From assembly GCF_013315695.1 (NCBI RefSeq), contig NZ_CP054353.1: a stretch of DNA of 64,000 bases. One strand, given 5' to 3'. The position numbers were made by a program, and so were the translations under genes. The notes under the pieces were generated by a model. That model made no database searches, had not been told where the DNA came from, and saw nothing but the letters and a program-made list of their open reading frames with translations. The first letter of the stretch is position 1. Each line of letters begins with the position of its first letter. Source of the DNA: Escherichia coli. Its GTDB lineage: Bacteria > Pseudomonadota > Gammaproteobacteria > Enterobacterales > Enterobacteriaceae. Shown piece after piece: positions 1 to 10,064 of this stretch.

Positions 1-635
1 TTCGTATGGGAACAGATCCTAACGTTTCGCAAAACCTTCCGTTCGGGGTGATGGATTCTCGTTTGATATTTCGTTTAAAGGTTATTCGTCCCTTTATTAA
101 CATGGTGGAGATCCCCAGACAGGTGATGTTTACCGTGTATGTGACATCAACGCCTAACGATCCGTTGGTTACACCTGTTTATACCATTAGTTTTGGTGGC
201 CGGGTTGAAGTACCGCAAAACTGCGAATTAAATGCCGGGCAAATTGTTGAATTTGATTTTGGTGATATCGGCGCATCGTTATTTAGTGCGGCAGGGCCGG
301 GGAATCGACCAGCTGGTGTCATGCCGCAAACCAAGAGCATTGCGATCAAATGTACGAATGTTGCTGCGCAGGCTTATTTAACAATGCGTCTGGAAGCCAG
401 TGCCGTTTCTGGTCAGGCGATGGTGTCGGACAATCAGGATTTAGGTTTTATTGTGGCCGATCAGAACGATACGCCGATCACGCCTAACGATCTCAATAGC
501 GTTATTCCTTTCCGTCTGGATGCAGCTGCGGCAGCCAATGTCACACTTCGCGCCTGGCCTATCAGTATTACCGGTCAAAAACCGACCGAAGGGCCGTTTA
601 GCGCGCTGGGGTATTTACGCGTCGATTATCAATGA
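1..635 (+). CDS. sfmH: Fimbrial adhesin-like subunit, 3' portion (gene starts upstream of window)
   Basis: Open frame runs to the window start (ORF track 6-635); fimbrial-subunit-like product; position upstream of sfmF and fimZ as in the sfm operon. Confidence 0.6.
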   Translation, partial: RMGTDPNVSQNLPFGVMDSRLIFRLKVIRPFINMVEIPRQVMFTVYVTSTPNDPLVTPVYTISFGGRVEVPQNCELNAGQIVEFDFGDIGASLFSAAGPGNRPAGVMPQTKSIAIKCTNVAAQAYLTMRLEASAVSGQAMVSDNQDLGFIVADQNDTPITPNDLNSVIPFRLDAAAAANVTLRAWPISITGQKPTEGPFSALGYLRVDYQ

Positions 636-645
636 GGTACGGAGA

Positions 646-1161
646 ATGAGAAGAGTACTCTTTAGCTGTTTCTGCGGGCTACTGTGGAGTTCCAGTGGAT
701 GGGCAGTTGACCCTTTAGGAACGATTAATATCAATTTGCACGGTAACGTTGTTGATTTCTCCTGTACCGTAAACACAGCGGATAAGGATAAGACGGTAGA
801 TTTAGGCAGATGGCCTACGACACAATTACTGAGCGCTGGCGATACCACGGCACTCGTCCCTTTTAGCCTGCGGCTGGAGGGATGTCCTCCGGGTTCAGTT
901 GCGATTTTATTTACGGGAACGCCGGCATCTGATGCCAACCTGCTGGCTCTGGATGATCCCGCAATGGCACAAACCGTCGCCATCGAATTACGTAATAGCG
1001 ATCGCTCCCGGCTCGCACTGGGGGAGGCGAGCTCGACTGAGGAAGTTGATGCAAATGGCAATGTCACACTAAACTTTTTTGCCAATTATCGAGCGTTAGC
1101 CAGCGGTGTTCAGCCTGGTGTGGCGAAAGCGGATGCGATATTTATGATCAATTATAATTAA
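646..1161 (+). CDS. sfmF: Fimbrial-like protein SfmF
   Basis: ATG at 646 inside ORF 451-1161; product begins MRRVLFSCFCGLLW with a signal peptide and fimbrial-subunit features; lies between sfmH and fimZ. Confidence 0.7.
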   Translation: MRRVLFSCFCGLLWSSSGWAVDPLGTININLHGNVVDFSCTVNTADKDKTVDLGRWPTTQLLSAGDTTALVPFSLRLEGCPPGSVAILFTGTPASDANLLALDDPAMAQTVAIELRNSDRSRLALGEASSTEEVDANGNVTLNFFANYRALASGVQPGVAKADAIFMINYN

Positions 1162-1163
1162 TA

Positions 1164-1796
1164 TTATATTAATTCATATAATTTGGCGTAGTCGATAAGC
1201 TCTACAATTGAATGCAAACCTAGCTTGCCATAAATATTAGATTTATGTGCACTAACTGTTTTATTGCTAAGTAATAACTTATCGGCAATTTCTTTATTAG
1301 ATAATCCGCTAACCAGATAACGTAATATGGTTACTTCACGATTAGATAGCACCGTGACCGTTGAACTATTCGTACTGCATTTATTGCTTTTTATATAGTT
1401 GAGCGTTTCGCTGGGAAAAAAAGTGTATCCGGAGAGGATCATCTGAACGGCATGAAAAATATCATTCTGATCATTGCATTTACTGACAAAACCGTTAGCA
1501 CCAGCTTGTACCGCTCTGCCAGCATAAAAGCATTCTGATTTCGATGATAAAAATAATACTTTCACTGTACTCTGGATTTGTTTGATCCTTTTCAGGAAGG
1601 TAAAACCGTCTGTTCCGGGCAAGTCTATATCCATAATGATTAAATCAACAGGACGGGTTCGGAGATAATCGATGGTTATGCGATAATCATCCGTTTTCAG
1701 GACAATTTGCAATTCATTGTTTTTTTGCAACAGAACTTCAATAGACATTCTGATGATAGGATGAGTATCCATAATGATCACCGACGTTGGTTTCAT
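1164..1796 (-). CDS. fimZ: LuxR-family two-component response regulator FimZ
   Basis: Product MKPTSVIIMDTHPIIR... has a receiver domain and C-terminal LuxR HTH; start at the internal Met of ORF 1164-1823. Confidence 0.8.
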   Translation of the reverse strand: MKPTSVIIMDTHPIIRMSIEVLLQKNNELQIVLKTDDYRITIDYLRTRPVDLIIMDIDLPGTDGFTFLKRIKQIQSTVKVLFLSSKSECFYAGRAVQAGANGFVSKCNDQNDIFHAVQMILSGYTFFPSETLNYIKSNKCSTNSSTVTVLSNREVTILRYLVSGLSNKEIADKLLLSNKTVSAHKSNIYGKLGLHSIVELIDYAKLYELI

Positions 1797-2037
1797 AGTT
1801 ACCAGTCTCATTGGATCGGACAATTTTCCGTTAGGGCGGGAAATTGTACTTGATACATGAAAATACGGGTTTTCTTGATTCAGACGCGCAGCGGTGTGCG
1901 TTTGTTTGCCGCTATAACGAAATAAATCAGAAAATCAGACGCGGTCGTTCACTTGTTCAGCAACCAGATCAAAAGCCATTGACTCAGCAAGGGTTGACCG
2001 TATAATTCACGCGATTACACCGCATTGCGGTATCAAC

Positions 2038-2114
2038 GCGCCCTTAGCTCAGTTGGATAGAGCAACGACCTTCTAAGTCGTGGGCCGCAGGTTCGAATCC
2101 TGCAGGGCGCGCCA
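2038..2114 (+). tRNA. argU: tRNA-Arg (anticodon UCU)
   Basis: 77-nt cloverleaf GCGCCCTTAGCTCAGTTGGATAGAGCAACGACCTTCTAAGTCGTGGGCCGCAGGTTCGAATCCTGCAGGGCGCGCCA; anticodon loop CT-TCT-AA. Confidence 0.9.
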
Positions 2115-2116
2115 TT
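2070..2116 (+). repeat. attL core: 47-bp direct repeat (3' half of argU), repeated at 38754-38800
   Basis: Identical 47-mer cttctaagtcgtgggccgcaggttcgaatcctgcagggcgcgccatt at both positions. Confidence 0.85.
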
Positions 2117-2129
2117 ACAATTCAATCAG

Positions 2130-3293
2130 TTACGCCTTCTTTATATCCTCCATAATTCCACAGTGGGACATATTTGGGACATTATCACCAAAAATGTCGT
2201 CTATTTTCCTTGCATGCTCTGTCAAATGATTAGGCGCAAGGTGAGCATACCTACGAACCATTTCTATGGACTCCCATCCGCCCATTTCCTGAAGCACAGA
2301 TAATGGGACGCCTGACTGGATCAGCCAGCTTGCCCAGGTGTGTCTGAGGTCATGGAAACGGAAATCTTCAATTCCTGCACGACGACAAGCTGATAGCCAT
2401 GATGTCTTGCTGTCGATGCGCATCTTCCTGACCGCAGGCGTTGATGTTCCATCTGCTCGCTTAGTCGCCTTGGTATGTACAAACACCCATTTGTGATGCT
2501 TGCCTATTTGATCACGCAACACTTTACAGGCGGTATCGTTCAGCGCCACACCAATGGCGCGGTTTGATTTGCTCTCTTCTGGATTCACCCAGGCAACTCG
2601 TCGCTGCATGTCGATTTGTTGCCATTCCAGATTTATGATGTTCGACTTTCTCAGACCAGTTGCCAGCGCAAACTTGACGACAGATTTCAGTGGTTCGGGG
2701 CACTCATCAATAAGGCGTTTTGCTTCCTCCTTTTCCAGCCATCTGACTCGCTTGTTTCTGACCGCTGGTATCTTGATGACAGGCGCTTTTTCCAGCCACT
2801 TCCAGTCGCGTTCTGCAGCACGGAGAATGGCCTTTATCATGGCAAGATGCTTTGCCTTTGTCTGAGTTGATACTGGCTTTGGTTCATAAACAGGCGGTTC
2901 TTTACCTTTCCTGATGGCGGCCTGAACTTTCTGTTTCCATATTTCTTTCGTCTTTCTGTTATGCATTCTGCTTACAGCAGAGTAAATCTTTGCCTCCGAG
3001 ATATCTTTAAGCCTTATACCCTCAAAATGTTCAAGCCAGAACTCAATCCGGCTTTTATCTGAATCGAGAGATTTTTTATCAGCTTTTTCCTCAAGCCATC
3101 TTAGGCAGGCCTCTTCAAAAGTGACATCAGGTAAATCCCCTAGCTTTTCTACTCGCCAGAGTTCTGCTTTTCGCTTGTCGTGCAACTCCTGAGCTTGCCG
3201 CTTGTCCTTTGTGCCAAGAGATTCCTTAATTCGTTTCCCGCCCGGGAGCGAATACGAGGCATACCATATTTCATTTCTGCGGAAGAGTGACAT
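2130..3293 (-). CDS. intD: Phage tyrosine integrase
   Basis: 387-aa product with C-terminal tyrosine-recombinase core (..[17 protein letters not shown]..); directly adjacent to argU. Confidence 0.85.
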   Translation of the reverse strand: MSLFRRNEIWYASYSLPGGKRIKESLGTKDKRQAQELHDKRKAELWRVEKLGDLPDVTFEEACLRWLEEKADKKSLDSDKSRIEFWLEHFEGIRLKDISEAKIYSAVSRMHNRKTKEIWKQKVQAAIRKGKEPPVYEPKPVSTQTKAKHLAMIKAILRAAERDWKWLEKAPVIKIPAVRNKRVRWLEKEEAKRLIDECPEPLKSVVKFALATGLRKSNIINLEWQQIDMQRRVAWVNPEESKSNRAIGVALNDTACKVLRDQIGKHHKWVFVHTKATKRADGTSTPAVRKMRIDSKTSWLSACRRAGIEDFRFHDLRHTWASWLIQSGVPLSVLQEMGGWESIEMVRRYAHLAPNHLTEHARKIDDIFGDNVPNMSHCGIMEDIKKA

Positions 3294-3520
3294 TTTCTTT
3301 CCTCTGTTATGCCATCACCCGCGCTCACCTGGACAGTATGCAGCGGAGACTGAAGCGCCGCAATGCAAGCTTGCCGTGTTGTGAGGTAAGGAGATTTTGG
3401 CTTGGTTGGATCTTTACGTGTTGCCTGTAGGCGGCCTGTTCGTATCCAGTTGGTGGCGGTTGGTCTGGATATCTTAAGAAACTGACAGGCCTCATCGAGT
3501 GTGAGGCTGTATGGCTCCAT
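3149..3520 (-). CDS. Excisionase-like HTH protein (AlpA/Xis type); 3' end overlaps int
   Basis: Start at [31 protein letters not shown] (HTH); ATGA overlap with the upstream gene stop at 3520; the long C-terminal extension is uncertain. Confidence 0.5.
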   Translation of the reverse strand: MEPYSLTLDEACQFLKISRPTATNWIRTGRLQATRKDPTKPKSPYLTTRQACIAALQSPLHTVQVSAGDGITEERKCHSSAEMKYGMPRIRSRAGNELRNLLAQRTSGKLRSCTTSEKQNSGE

Positions 3521-3825
3521 TATTTCACCTCTTGCTGTGTCATTGTTGAAAAATGGATACCAGCTCGTTGCTGCCAGACGATCCAACCGAGAGTCATATC
3601 CCATGCCATGTATTCGTTATCGCCGTTTTTTACTCTCCGACGATCTACTAAGTCACCGAAACGCTTTTCCATGAATAATTCATAGGCTTCGCGTTCATCT
3701 GGCTCTACTTCCAGAGATACGAGTGCGATTTCATAAGCACGGCGCTCAATATCGTCTCGAACCTCTAGGCTGCTGATTCGTTCTTTGATTTCTTTAATCA
3801 GTTCTTTATTGGTAAATGTGGTCAT
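3520..3825 (-). CDS. Hypothetical phage early protein (101 aa)
   Basis: ORF translationally coupled to neighbours on both sides; no recognisable motif. Confidence 0.45.
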   Translation of the reverse strand: MTTFTNKELIKEIKERISSLEVRDDIERRAYEIALVSLEVEPDEREAYELFMEKRFGDLVDRRRVKNGDNEYMAWDMTLGWIVWQQRAGIHFSTMTQQEVK

Positions 3826-4187
3826 TATGCTCCAGCCTCCGGTGCTTTTGGCATTACTGCCCAGTGAGTGATATTGACGTTTTCAAGGTCCCCGACCTGA
3901 AATGTCCACTGCCATTCTCCGGTTTCTTTTTGTCCCCAGGTGTACCAGAGAGAACGCCAGCCAATCAGCCAGCCTTCTCCATTAGCATCAAATAACAGAA
4001 CACTTTCATTTGCTGGTGGCAGTTCAGCTGACACTGGTATTATTTTGTTTTCCAGTGCCGCACATTTAGCTTCAAGCGCGTCGAATTTACGTAACAGGTA
4101 CTCAGCATTTGTTTCATTCACTTTCAGATCTCGCGGTACACATTTCCCGCGAAGAAACCCTTCCATTTCGAAAACATTCATGCGCAT
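3825..4187 (-). CDS. DUF551-type phage protein (120 aa)
   Basis: C-terminal W-rich signature (GWLIGW...ITHWAVMPKAPE) typical of DUF551. Confidence 0.5.
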   Translation of the reverse strand: MRMNVFEMEGFLRGKCVPRDLKVNETNAEYLLRKFDALEAKCAALENKIIPVSAELPPANESVLLFDANGEGWLIGWRSLWYTWGQKETGEWQWTFQVGDLENVNITHWAVMPKAPEAGA

Positions 4188-4714
4188 TTGCGTAACTCCG
4201 ATAAATCGTTAAAACGTTCCATAAACATCCCGTAGGCATGACCCGGTGCCAGTGGAATCACGTTGAACATCTCTGTTGCCGGGATGCCTTCCAGTACAGG
4301 CCAGAAAGAGCCATCATCAAGCCCGAGATCGCGGCGTTCGGTTGCCAGCATGATGAGATCGGCATATTTCACGGGTGTACTCATAACTGGGGGTAACCCG
4401 TATTTCTCACGGATTACGGCGTCTATTTTTTCTTCCATCCGTTTATAGTCAGGAAGAAGGCGTTTCAGTGGTGCGGGAATGTCCTGGCAATACGCTTCTG
4501 TTGCATCATGCATTAACGCTTCAAAAGCAAATTCCTGCGGCACCAGCTGGCTGCAAAGAACCGCATGTTGGGCGACGCTGTAGAAGTGCGAAAGATGACC
4601 GGCAAAGCGACAGATATTTGAAAGGGAAACCGCGATATCGTTAATATCGATGTCGTCTTTATTTATCTTGTCATAATAAAAATGCTTCCCGGAAAAAGTT
4701 TTAATAAATGACAT
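4178..4714 (-). CDS. HD-domain phosphohydrolase (YfdR-like 5'-deoxynucleotidase)
   Basis: H...HD...D motif (..HAVLCSQ..ALMHDATEAY..); start at Met with a GGAG RBS inside ORF 4178-4741. Confidence 0.6.
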   Translation of the reverse strand: MSFIKTFSGKHFYYDKINKDDIDINDIAVSLSNICRFAGHLSHFYSVAQHAVLCSQLVPQEFAFEALMHDATEAYCQDIPAPLKRLLPDYKRMEEKIDAVIREKYGLPPVMSTPVKYADLIMLATERRDLGLDDGSFWPVLEGIPATEMFNVIPLAPGHAYGMFMERFNDLSELRKCA

Positions 4715-4842
4715 TTTGTTCTCCACGTATATGCACTGCACCGCGCTGAATTCTGGTAAAAGGAAGCCCTCACCATCCGGTGATTATTGAGTTAATTACG
4801 TTTCCATAAATGCCCCCGCAGGGGCATTTGCAGTAATGAAAT

Positions 4843-5041
4843 CAGGCGGTGAAAGTACCAATAAAGGTTTCTACTTTGCTGTCTTTGAATTTCTCAACAA
4901 GCAGATCACGAAATTCGTTAGCCATTTCTTCCTGCACCGCTTCCAGCTGAATAATGCGCAGAACCAGTACAGGACGATCGCCAGTGATAATGCTGAGGCG
5001 TAATTTAAACGGACGTTCTTTCAGACCTTCAAACGGAACGC
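4843..5041 (-). pseudogene. 3' fragment of a phage gene whose 5' end is removed at the IS1 junction
   Basis: Open frame (..[53 protein letters not shown]) runs into the IS1 left end with no start codon. Confidence 0.45.
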
Positions 5042-5096
5042 GGTGATGCTGCCAACTTACTGATTTAGTGTATGATGGTGTTTTTGAGGTGCTCCA

Positions 5097-5372
5097 GTGG
5101 CTTCTGTTTCTATCAGCTGTCCCTCCTGTTCAGCTACTGACGGGGTGGTGCGTAACGGCAAAAGCACCGCCGGACATCAGCGCTATCTCTGCTCTCACTG
5201 CCGTAAAACATGGCAACTGCAGTTCACTTACACCGCTTCTCAACCCGGTACGCACCAGAAAATCATTGATATGGCCATGAATGGCGTTGGATGCCGGGCA
5301 ACAGCCCGCATTATGGGCGTTGGCCTCAACACGATTTTACGTCACTTAAAAAACTCAGGCCGCAGTCGGTAA
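5097..5372 (+). CDS. insA: IS1 InsA
   Basis: 91-aa product [30 protein letters not shown]... Confidence 0.9.
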
Positions 5373-5794
5373 CCTCGCGCATACAGCCGGGCAGTGACGT
5401 CATCGTCTGCGCGGAAATGGACGAACAGTGGGGCTATGTCGGGGCTAAATCGCGCCAGCGCTGGCTGTTTTACGCGTATGACAGGCTCCGGAAGACGGTT
5501 GTTGCGCACGTATTCGGTGAACGCACTATGGCGACGCTGGGGCGTCTTATGAGCCTGCTGTCACCCTTTGACGTGGTGATATGGATGACGGATGGCTGGC
5601 CGCTGTATGAATCCCGCCTGAAGGGAAAGCTGCACGTAATCAGCAAGCGATATACGCAGCGAATTGAGCGGCATAACCTGAATCTGAGGCAGCACCTGGC
5701 ACGGCTGGGACGGAAGTCGCTGTCGTTCTCAAAATCGGTGGAGCTGCATGACAAAGTCATCGGGCATTATCTGAACATAAAACACTATCAATAA
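5291..5794 (+). CDS. insB: IS1 InsB frame (expressed as InsAB' by -1 frameshift)
   Basis: 167-aa frame overlapping insA; IS1 transposase signature. Confidence 0.85.
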
Positions 5795-5956
5795 GTTGGA
5801 GTCATTACCTTCTAATTGATATGCAATTGTTTACTAAAAGTTATTAAAAATGGGGCGTGGAAACGCCCCCAAAATAAAGGGTAATATATAACAGAAGGTT
5901 TATATAGTAAGAAGCAAGGTAGTGCTTCTAAAGGAAGTGGCTTGAGGGCTCCACTT

Positions 5957-5997
5957 ATATGTTGCGGAGGCAAAGCCTCCCGCAACATATCTTTTTC
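5957..5997. terminator. Hairpin with T-run between IS1 and the nmpC stop
   Basis: atatgttgcggagg-caaa-gcctcccgcaacatat followed by ctttttc. Confidence 0.35.
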
Positions 5998-6007
5998 GTA
6001 AGTCAGA

Positions 6008-7090
6008 TTAGAACTGATAAACCAGACCTACAGCGACGATGTCGTCGGTATCAATACCAGCTGTTTTGGTAAACTTACTATCGTCAATTAAGTTGATTTT
6101 GTAATCAACAAAAGTGGACATGTTTTTATTAAAGTAGTAAGTAGCACCGACATCGACATACTTGACTAAGTCTCGGTCACCATGAACACCAAGGTCTTTA
6201 CCTTTTGACTGAAGGTAAGCAACAGATGGACGCAGACCGAAGTCAAACTGATATTGTGCTACTGCTTCAAAGTTTTGTGCTTTGTTTGCAATATGGTTAT
6301 TACCAAAAACGGTCATATTCTGAGTTTCAGAATATGTGGTAGCCAGATAGATATTGTTCGCATCATATTTCAGGCCTGCAGCCCATACTTCCGCATTTTT
6401 GCCGGAGGCATTGAATTTGCTCTTACCATAGGCGACCTGACCGTCAGTGCGATCTGATTTAGCATAGGTTGCACCCACGCCGAATCCTTCATACTCATAA
6501 GTAGTGGAGAAACCGAAACCATCACCATTGGCTTCAGTTACGTCAGTGCGGTCATTTTTACCCTGATACTGAGCAGCAAAGTTCAGGCCATCGACCAGAC
6601 CAAAGAAGTCGTTGTTACGATAAGTTGCAACACCAGTAGTGCGACCAGTCATGAACACATCTGTTTGGGTCCAGGTATCACCACCGAATTCTGGCAGGAC
6701 GTCAGTCCACGCACCGATGTCGTATGCTACACCGTAGTTACGGCCGTAATCGATTGAGCCGTAATCACCAAATTTCAGGCCTGCAAATGCAAGACGGGTT
6801 TTGTCTTTGGAAGAACCTTGAGATTCAGCACGGTTGCCTTTGAATTCATATTCCCACTGACCGAAACCAGTCAGTTGATCGTTGATTTGGGTTTCACCTT
6901 TGAAGCCAAGACGGGCATAAGTAGTATCACCATCATCTGCATCATTAGAGGAGAAGTAGTGCTTGGCATTAACTTTCCCGTATAGATCCAGCTTGTTACT
7001 GTCTTTATTATAAATTTCAGCTGCCTGAGCAGACATCGCCATCAGTACTGATGCAGCTACAGCAGAAATTGCCACTGTTAATTTTTTCAT
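6008..7090 (-). CDS. nmpC: Prophage-encoded general porin (NmpC/OmpD family)
   Basis: Signal peptide [23 protein letters not shown], porin beta-barrel, C-terminal ..VAVGLVYQF; uninterrupted. Confidence 0.8.
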   Translation of the reverse strand: MKKLTVAISAVAASVLMAMSAQAAEIYNKDSNKLDLYGKVNAKHYFSSNDADDGDTTYARLGFKGETQINDQLTGFGQWEYEFKGNRAESQGSSKDKTRLAFAGLKFGDYGSIDYGRNYGVAYDIGAWTDVLPEFGGDTWTQTDVFMTGRTTGVATYRNNDFFGLVDGLNFAAQYQGKNDRTDVTEANGDGFGFSTTYEYEGFGVGATYAKSDRTDGQVAYGKSKFNASGKNAEVWAAGLKYDANNIYLATTYSETQNMTVFGNNHIANKAQNFEAVAQYQFDFGLRPSVAYLQSKGKDLGVHGDRDLVKYVDVGATYYFNKNMSTFVDYKINLIDDSKFTKTAGIDTDDIVAVGLVYQF

Positions 7091-7516
7091 TGTACGCCCT
7101 TTTTTTGAACTATTATTAAAAAATGATGTCACTGCGCGATAAATATTCATCTAATCAATGCGATTATTTCAAGATGTAAGTTTTAGTTTCTCATTTAATT
7201 TGTGAAGTAGATCTCTATTTTTATCTAAACCTTTTCTATCTAATCCTATTCATGGCTCTTGTTTGAACGAAAATAAATCTATTAGCTAATTTATATTAAT
7301 GGCACTTATTTATAAGCGATCTATAATTCTTTAGCTTAATTTAAACAAGCTAAAAATAACATCGGAAATTATTCATTGGTTATTTGTTGAAGTTTTCTTA
7401 TGTATTTGTGGTGGTGTTTTGAACACTCGGTGGCATTCTCACAAATATCATTTAGTAGTTTACGTACGTAAAAAATTGGTTATGCTGTTAAGAGTGGTTA
7501 CTTCGTCACACAGCTT

Positions 7517-7550
7517 AAACCCGCCGTCGAGCGGGTTTTTCCATTTTTTG
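7517..7550 (+). terminator. Rho-independent terminator upstream of the lysis genes (candidate tR-prime of the late operon)
   Basis: aaacccgc-cgtcga-gcgggttt then ttccatttttt; position matches lambdoid pR-prime/tR-prime architecture. Confidence 0.45.
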
Positions 7551-7678
7551 AGTCTCGATATTAGCTGATAACCCAATACCTGAGTTATTCACTGACTCCG
7601 AATCTGTTACGTTTCTGCCTTTATTGCGATACGTAGTATCCCCTTAATTTACACCCGCTTTGTCTGCGAGGTGGGGTT

Positions 7679-7894
7679 ATGAAATCCATGGATAAGTTAA
7701 CAACGGGTGTCGCCTATGGCACCTCAGCAGGTAGTGCCGGATACTGGTTTTTACAGCTGCTAGATAAAGTCACGCCCTCACAGTGGGCGGCAATTGGAGT
7801 GCTGGGTAGCCTGGTATTTGGCCTGCTGACGTACCTGACAAACCTTTATTTCAAGATTAAAGAAGATAAGCGCAAGGCTGCGAGAGGTGGATAA
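7679..7894 (+). CDS. Holin (phage-21 S-type pinholin)
   Basis: 71-aa two-TM protein ..[44 protein letters not shown].. Confidence 0.8.
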
Positions 7895-8391
7895 TGCCTC
7901 CATCATTACGAAAAGCTGTTGCTGCTGCTATTGGTGGCGGGGCTATTGCTATAGCATCTGTGTTAATCACTGGCCCAAGTGGTAACGATGGTCTGGAAGG
8001 TGTGAGACATAATCCTTACAAAGACATAGTTGGTGTATGGACTGTATGTTACGGGCATACAGGAAAAGACATCATTCCCGGTAAAACGTATACCGAAGCA
8101 GAGTGCAAAGCCCTCCTGAATAAAGACCTTGCCACTGTCGCCAGACAAATTAACCCGTACATCAAAGTCGATATACCGGAAACAACGCGCGGCGCTCTTT
8201 ACTCGTTCGTCTACAACGTGGGTGCTGGCAATTTCAGAACATCGACGCTTCTTCGCAAAATCAACCAGGGCGATATCAAAGGCGCATGTGACCAGCTACG
8301 TCGCTGGACATACGCTGGCGGTAAGCAATGGAAAGGGCTGATGACTCGCCGTGAGATTGAGCGTGAAGTCTGTTTGTGGGGGCAGCAATGA
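7894..8391 (+). CDS. SAR endolysin (lysozyme)
   Basis: N-terminal signal-anchor-release segment ([20 protein letters not shown]) followed by a lysozyme domain; ATGA coupling to the holin. Confidence 0.8.
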   Translation: MPPSLRKAVAAAIGGGAIAIASVLITGPSGNDGLEGVRHNPYKDIVGVWTVCYGHTGKDIIPGKTYTEAECKALLNKDLATVARQINPYIKVDIPETTRGALYSFVYNVGAGNFRTSTLLRKINQGDIKGACDQLRRWTYAGGKQWKGLMTRREIEREVCLWGQQ

Positions 8392-8825
8392 GCAGGTTAA
8401 CCGCGATTATCTCCGCTCTGGTTATCTGCATCATCGTCTGTCTGTCATGGGCTGTTAATCATTACCGTGATAACGCCATTACCTATAAAGAACAGCGCGA
8501 TAAAGCCACGTACATCATCGCTGACATGCAGAAGCGTCAACGTGACGTAGCAGAACTCGATGCCAGATATACAAAGGAGCTTGCTGATGCTAACGCGACT
8601 ATCGAAAGTCTCCGTGCTGATGTTTCTGCTGGGCGTAAGCGCCTGCAAGTCGCCGCCACCTGTGCAAAGTCAACGACCGGAGCCAGCGGCATGGGCGATG
8701 GAGAAAGCCCAGGACTTACAGCAGATGCTGAACTCAATTATTACCGTCTCCGAAGTGGAATCGACAAGATAACCGCGCAGGTTAACTACCTGCAGGAATA
8801 CATCAGGACGCAATGCCTGAAATAA
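8376..8825 (+). CDS. Rz inner-membrane spanin
   Basis: 149-aa product with N-terminal TM then coiled coil, overlapping the endolysin end. Confidence 0.75.
   Translation: MGAAMSRLTAIISALVICIIVCLSWAVNHYRDNAITYKEQRDKATYIIADMQKRQRDVAELDARYTKELADANATIESLRADVSAGRKRLQVAATCAKSTTGASGMGDGESPGLTADAELNYYRLRSGIDKITAQVNYLQEYIRTQCLK
8587..8772 (+). CDS. Rz1 outer-membrane lipoprotein spanin (embedded in Rz, +1 frame)
   Basis: Lipobox ..LLGVSAC then proline-rich [11 protein letters not shown]; AAGGAG RBS upstream. Confidence 0.7.
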   Translation: MLTRLSKVSVLMFLLGVSACKSPPPVQSQRPEPAAWAMEKAQDLQQMLNSIITVSEVESTR

Positions 8826-8885
8826 TTTTTTTGCAAATCACAAAGTCAATTTAATGAGCCTCGCGATGCGGGGCTTTTTGCAATA

Positions 8886-8912
8886 AATGCGTACCGCAAC
8901 GCATGTTTTTTA
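8886..8912 (+). terminator. Rho-independent terminator after the lysis cassette
   Basis: atgcgt-accgca-acgcat followed by gttttttta. Confidence 0.45.
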
Positions 8913-9026
8913 CACCGAACCTGCCCCTTTGGAATGGGCCTTTGAGGATACCAGTTAGTGCTGGCGAGCCTCGGTGGGCTGGTTTCCTGTGCGGCAAAGG
9001 TTCATTTCAAAGAGTAGGTACACGCT

Positions 9027-9524
9027 ATGAAATCATTAACCCTCTTCAATCAACCAATTCGTATCGGTGAAGATGGCATGATCTGCCTCACTGATATGTG
9101 GAAAGCCAGTGGTAAAAGTGAATCTGAATCGCCTTACCACTACCTGCGAAACAAGCAGACCAAAGAGTTCTTAGCCGAGCTGGAGAAAAACCACGAATCT
9201 GTGGTTTTTACTGAGCGCGGTGTACACGGTGGAACATATGGCGGGAAGTTTGTTGCTTACGATTATGCGGCTTGGTTAAACCCCGGGTTCAAGTACGCGG
9301 CCTATAAAGTCCTCGATGACTACTTCACCGGAGAACTTCAGCATCGCAACAGCTTAAGTGCGCAGCTCAACATGAAATGTCATGAGTTTGACCAGAAGAA
9401 AGACATGGCGAGCTTCTGCGGACAAGGGCTGGCAGCATGGCGCTATACGAAGCCAGTGTTGGTCGCTGAGATTAACTCCCTGGCTAACCAGCTGCAGATT
9501 ACGATCCCCGGGCTTCCGGGATGA
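9027..9524 (+). CDS. KilA-N domain protein (165 aa)
   Basis: KilA-N signature (GMICLTDMWKASGK..YHYLRNKQTKEFLAEL..GTYGGKFVAYDYAAWLNPGF). Confidence 0.6.
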   Translation: MKSLTLFNQPIRIGEDGMICLTDMWKASGKSESESPYHYLRNKQTKEFLAELEKNHESVVFTERGVHGGTYGGKFVAYDYAAWLNPGFKYAAYKVLDDYFTGELQHRNSLSAQLNMKCHEFDQKKDMASFCGQGLAAWRYTKPVLVAEINSLANQLQITIPGLPG

Positions 9525-9778
9525 GTGATCGTGTTATTGAATGCGCCTCCAGAGCGGGGCGCGACTTCTCAGAGTTCATGAAAGGCGAGAAGGGCATGAT
9601 GGAAGCATTGGCCTCGGTGGATGAGTTTGGCGAGCAGCTGCGCCTCAACGGCTGTGTCAATCATCACTTTGTTAGCTACATGATGCGGAACTCGATCATG
9701 CAGGCATTCATGGACATGGCAAAAGCCGAGAGGAAAGAAGAGCGCCGGCGTAAGCGAGCGGAAGCAAAAGCGAAGTAG
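9521..9778 (+). CDS. Hypothetical 85-aa protein with strongly basic C-terminal tail
   Basis: ATGA overlap with the KilA-N gene; ends ..AKAERKEERRRKRAEAKAK. Confidence 0.45.
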   Translation: MSDRVIECASRAGRDFSEFMKGEKGMMEALASVDEFGEQLRLNGCVNHHFVSYMMRNSIMQAFMDMAKAERKEERRRKRAEAKAK

Positions 9779-10064
9779 CCATTACAAAGCCTATCTACGG
9801 GTGGGCTTGATAATGGCTTATACCCTACACGGGATAACTTAACTGATATCCCTTTTAAAGGATAAAGGTATTCAAGCCTGACACATCATGCGCTGTATCG
9901 TCGCCGTGTTCCCGTATTAACAGAGACCGTAGCCCGACGGGGAACTCCTTCTGCGCGAGTGTGCGGGAATAATCAAAAACGATGCACACCGGGGTTACCG
10001 GGTACACATATTTCATCATGCCAGCGAGTCCGGTTCTGGCACGGAAGAAACCGGACGTTATGAT

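Larger units (their letters stand above)
5042..5809 (+). mobile_element. IS1 (768 bp), no flanking target-site duplication
   Basis: Ends ggtgatgctgccaacttactgat ... atcaataagttggagtcattacc; insA and insB frames inside; flanks acggaacgc and ttctaattg differ. Confidence 0.9.

Noticed and set aside
4808-4830. Perfect hairpin aaatgcccc-cgca-ggggcattt after the HD-domain gene
   Set aside because: No U-run on either strand, so it is not a convincing intrinsic terminator.
9857-10021. 54-aa minus-strand ORF (MMKYVYPVTPVCIVFDYSRTLAQKEF...) in the Rz-cos interval
   Set aside because: Too short, no RBS or motif; the region more likely holds promoter sequence for a bor-type gene that is absent here.
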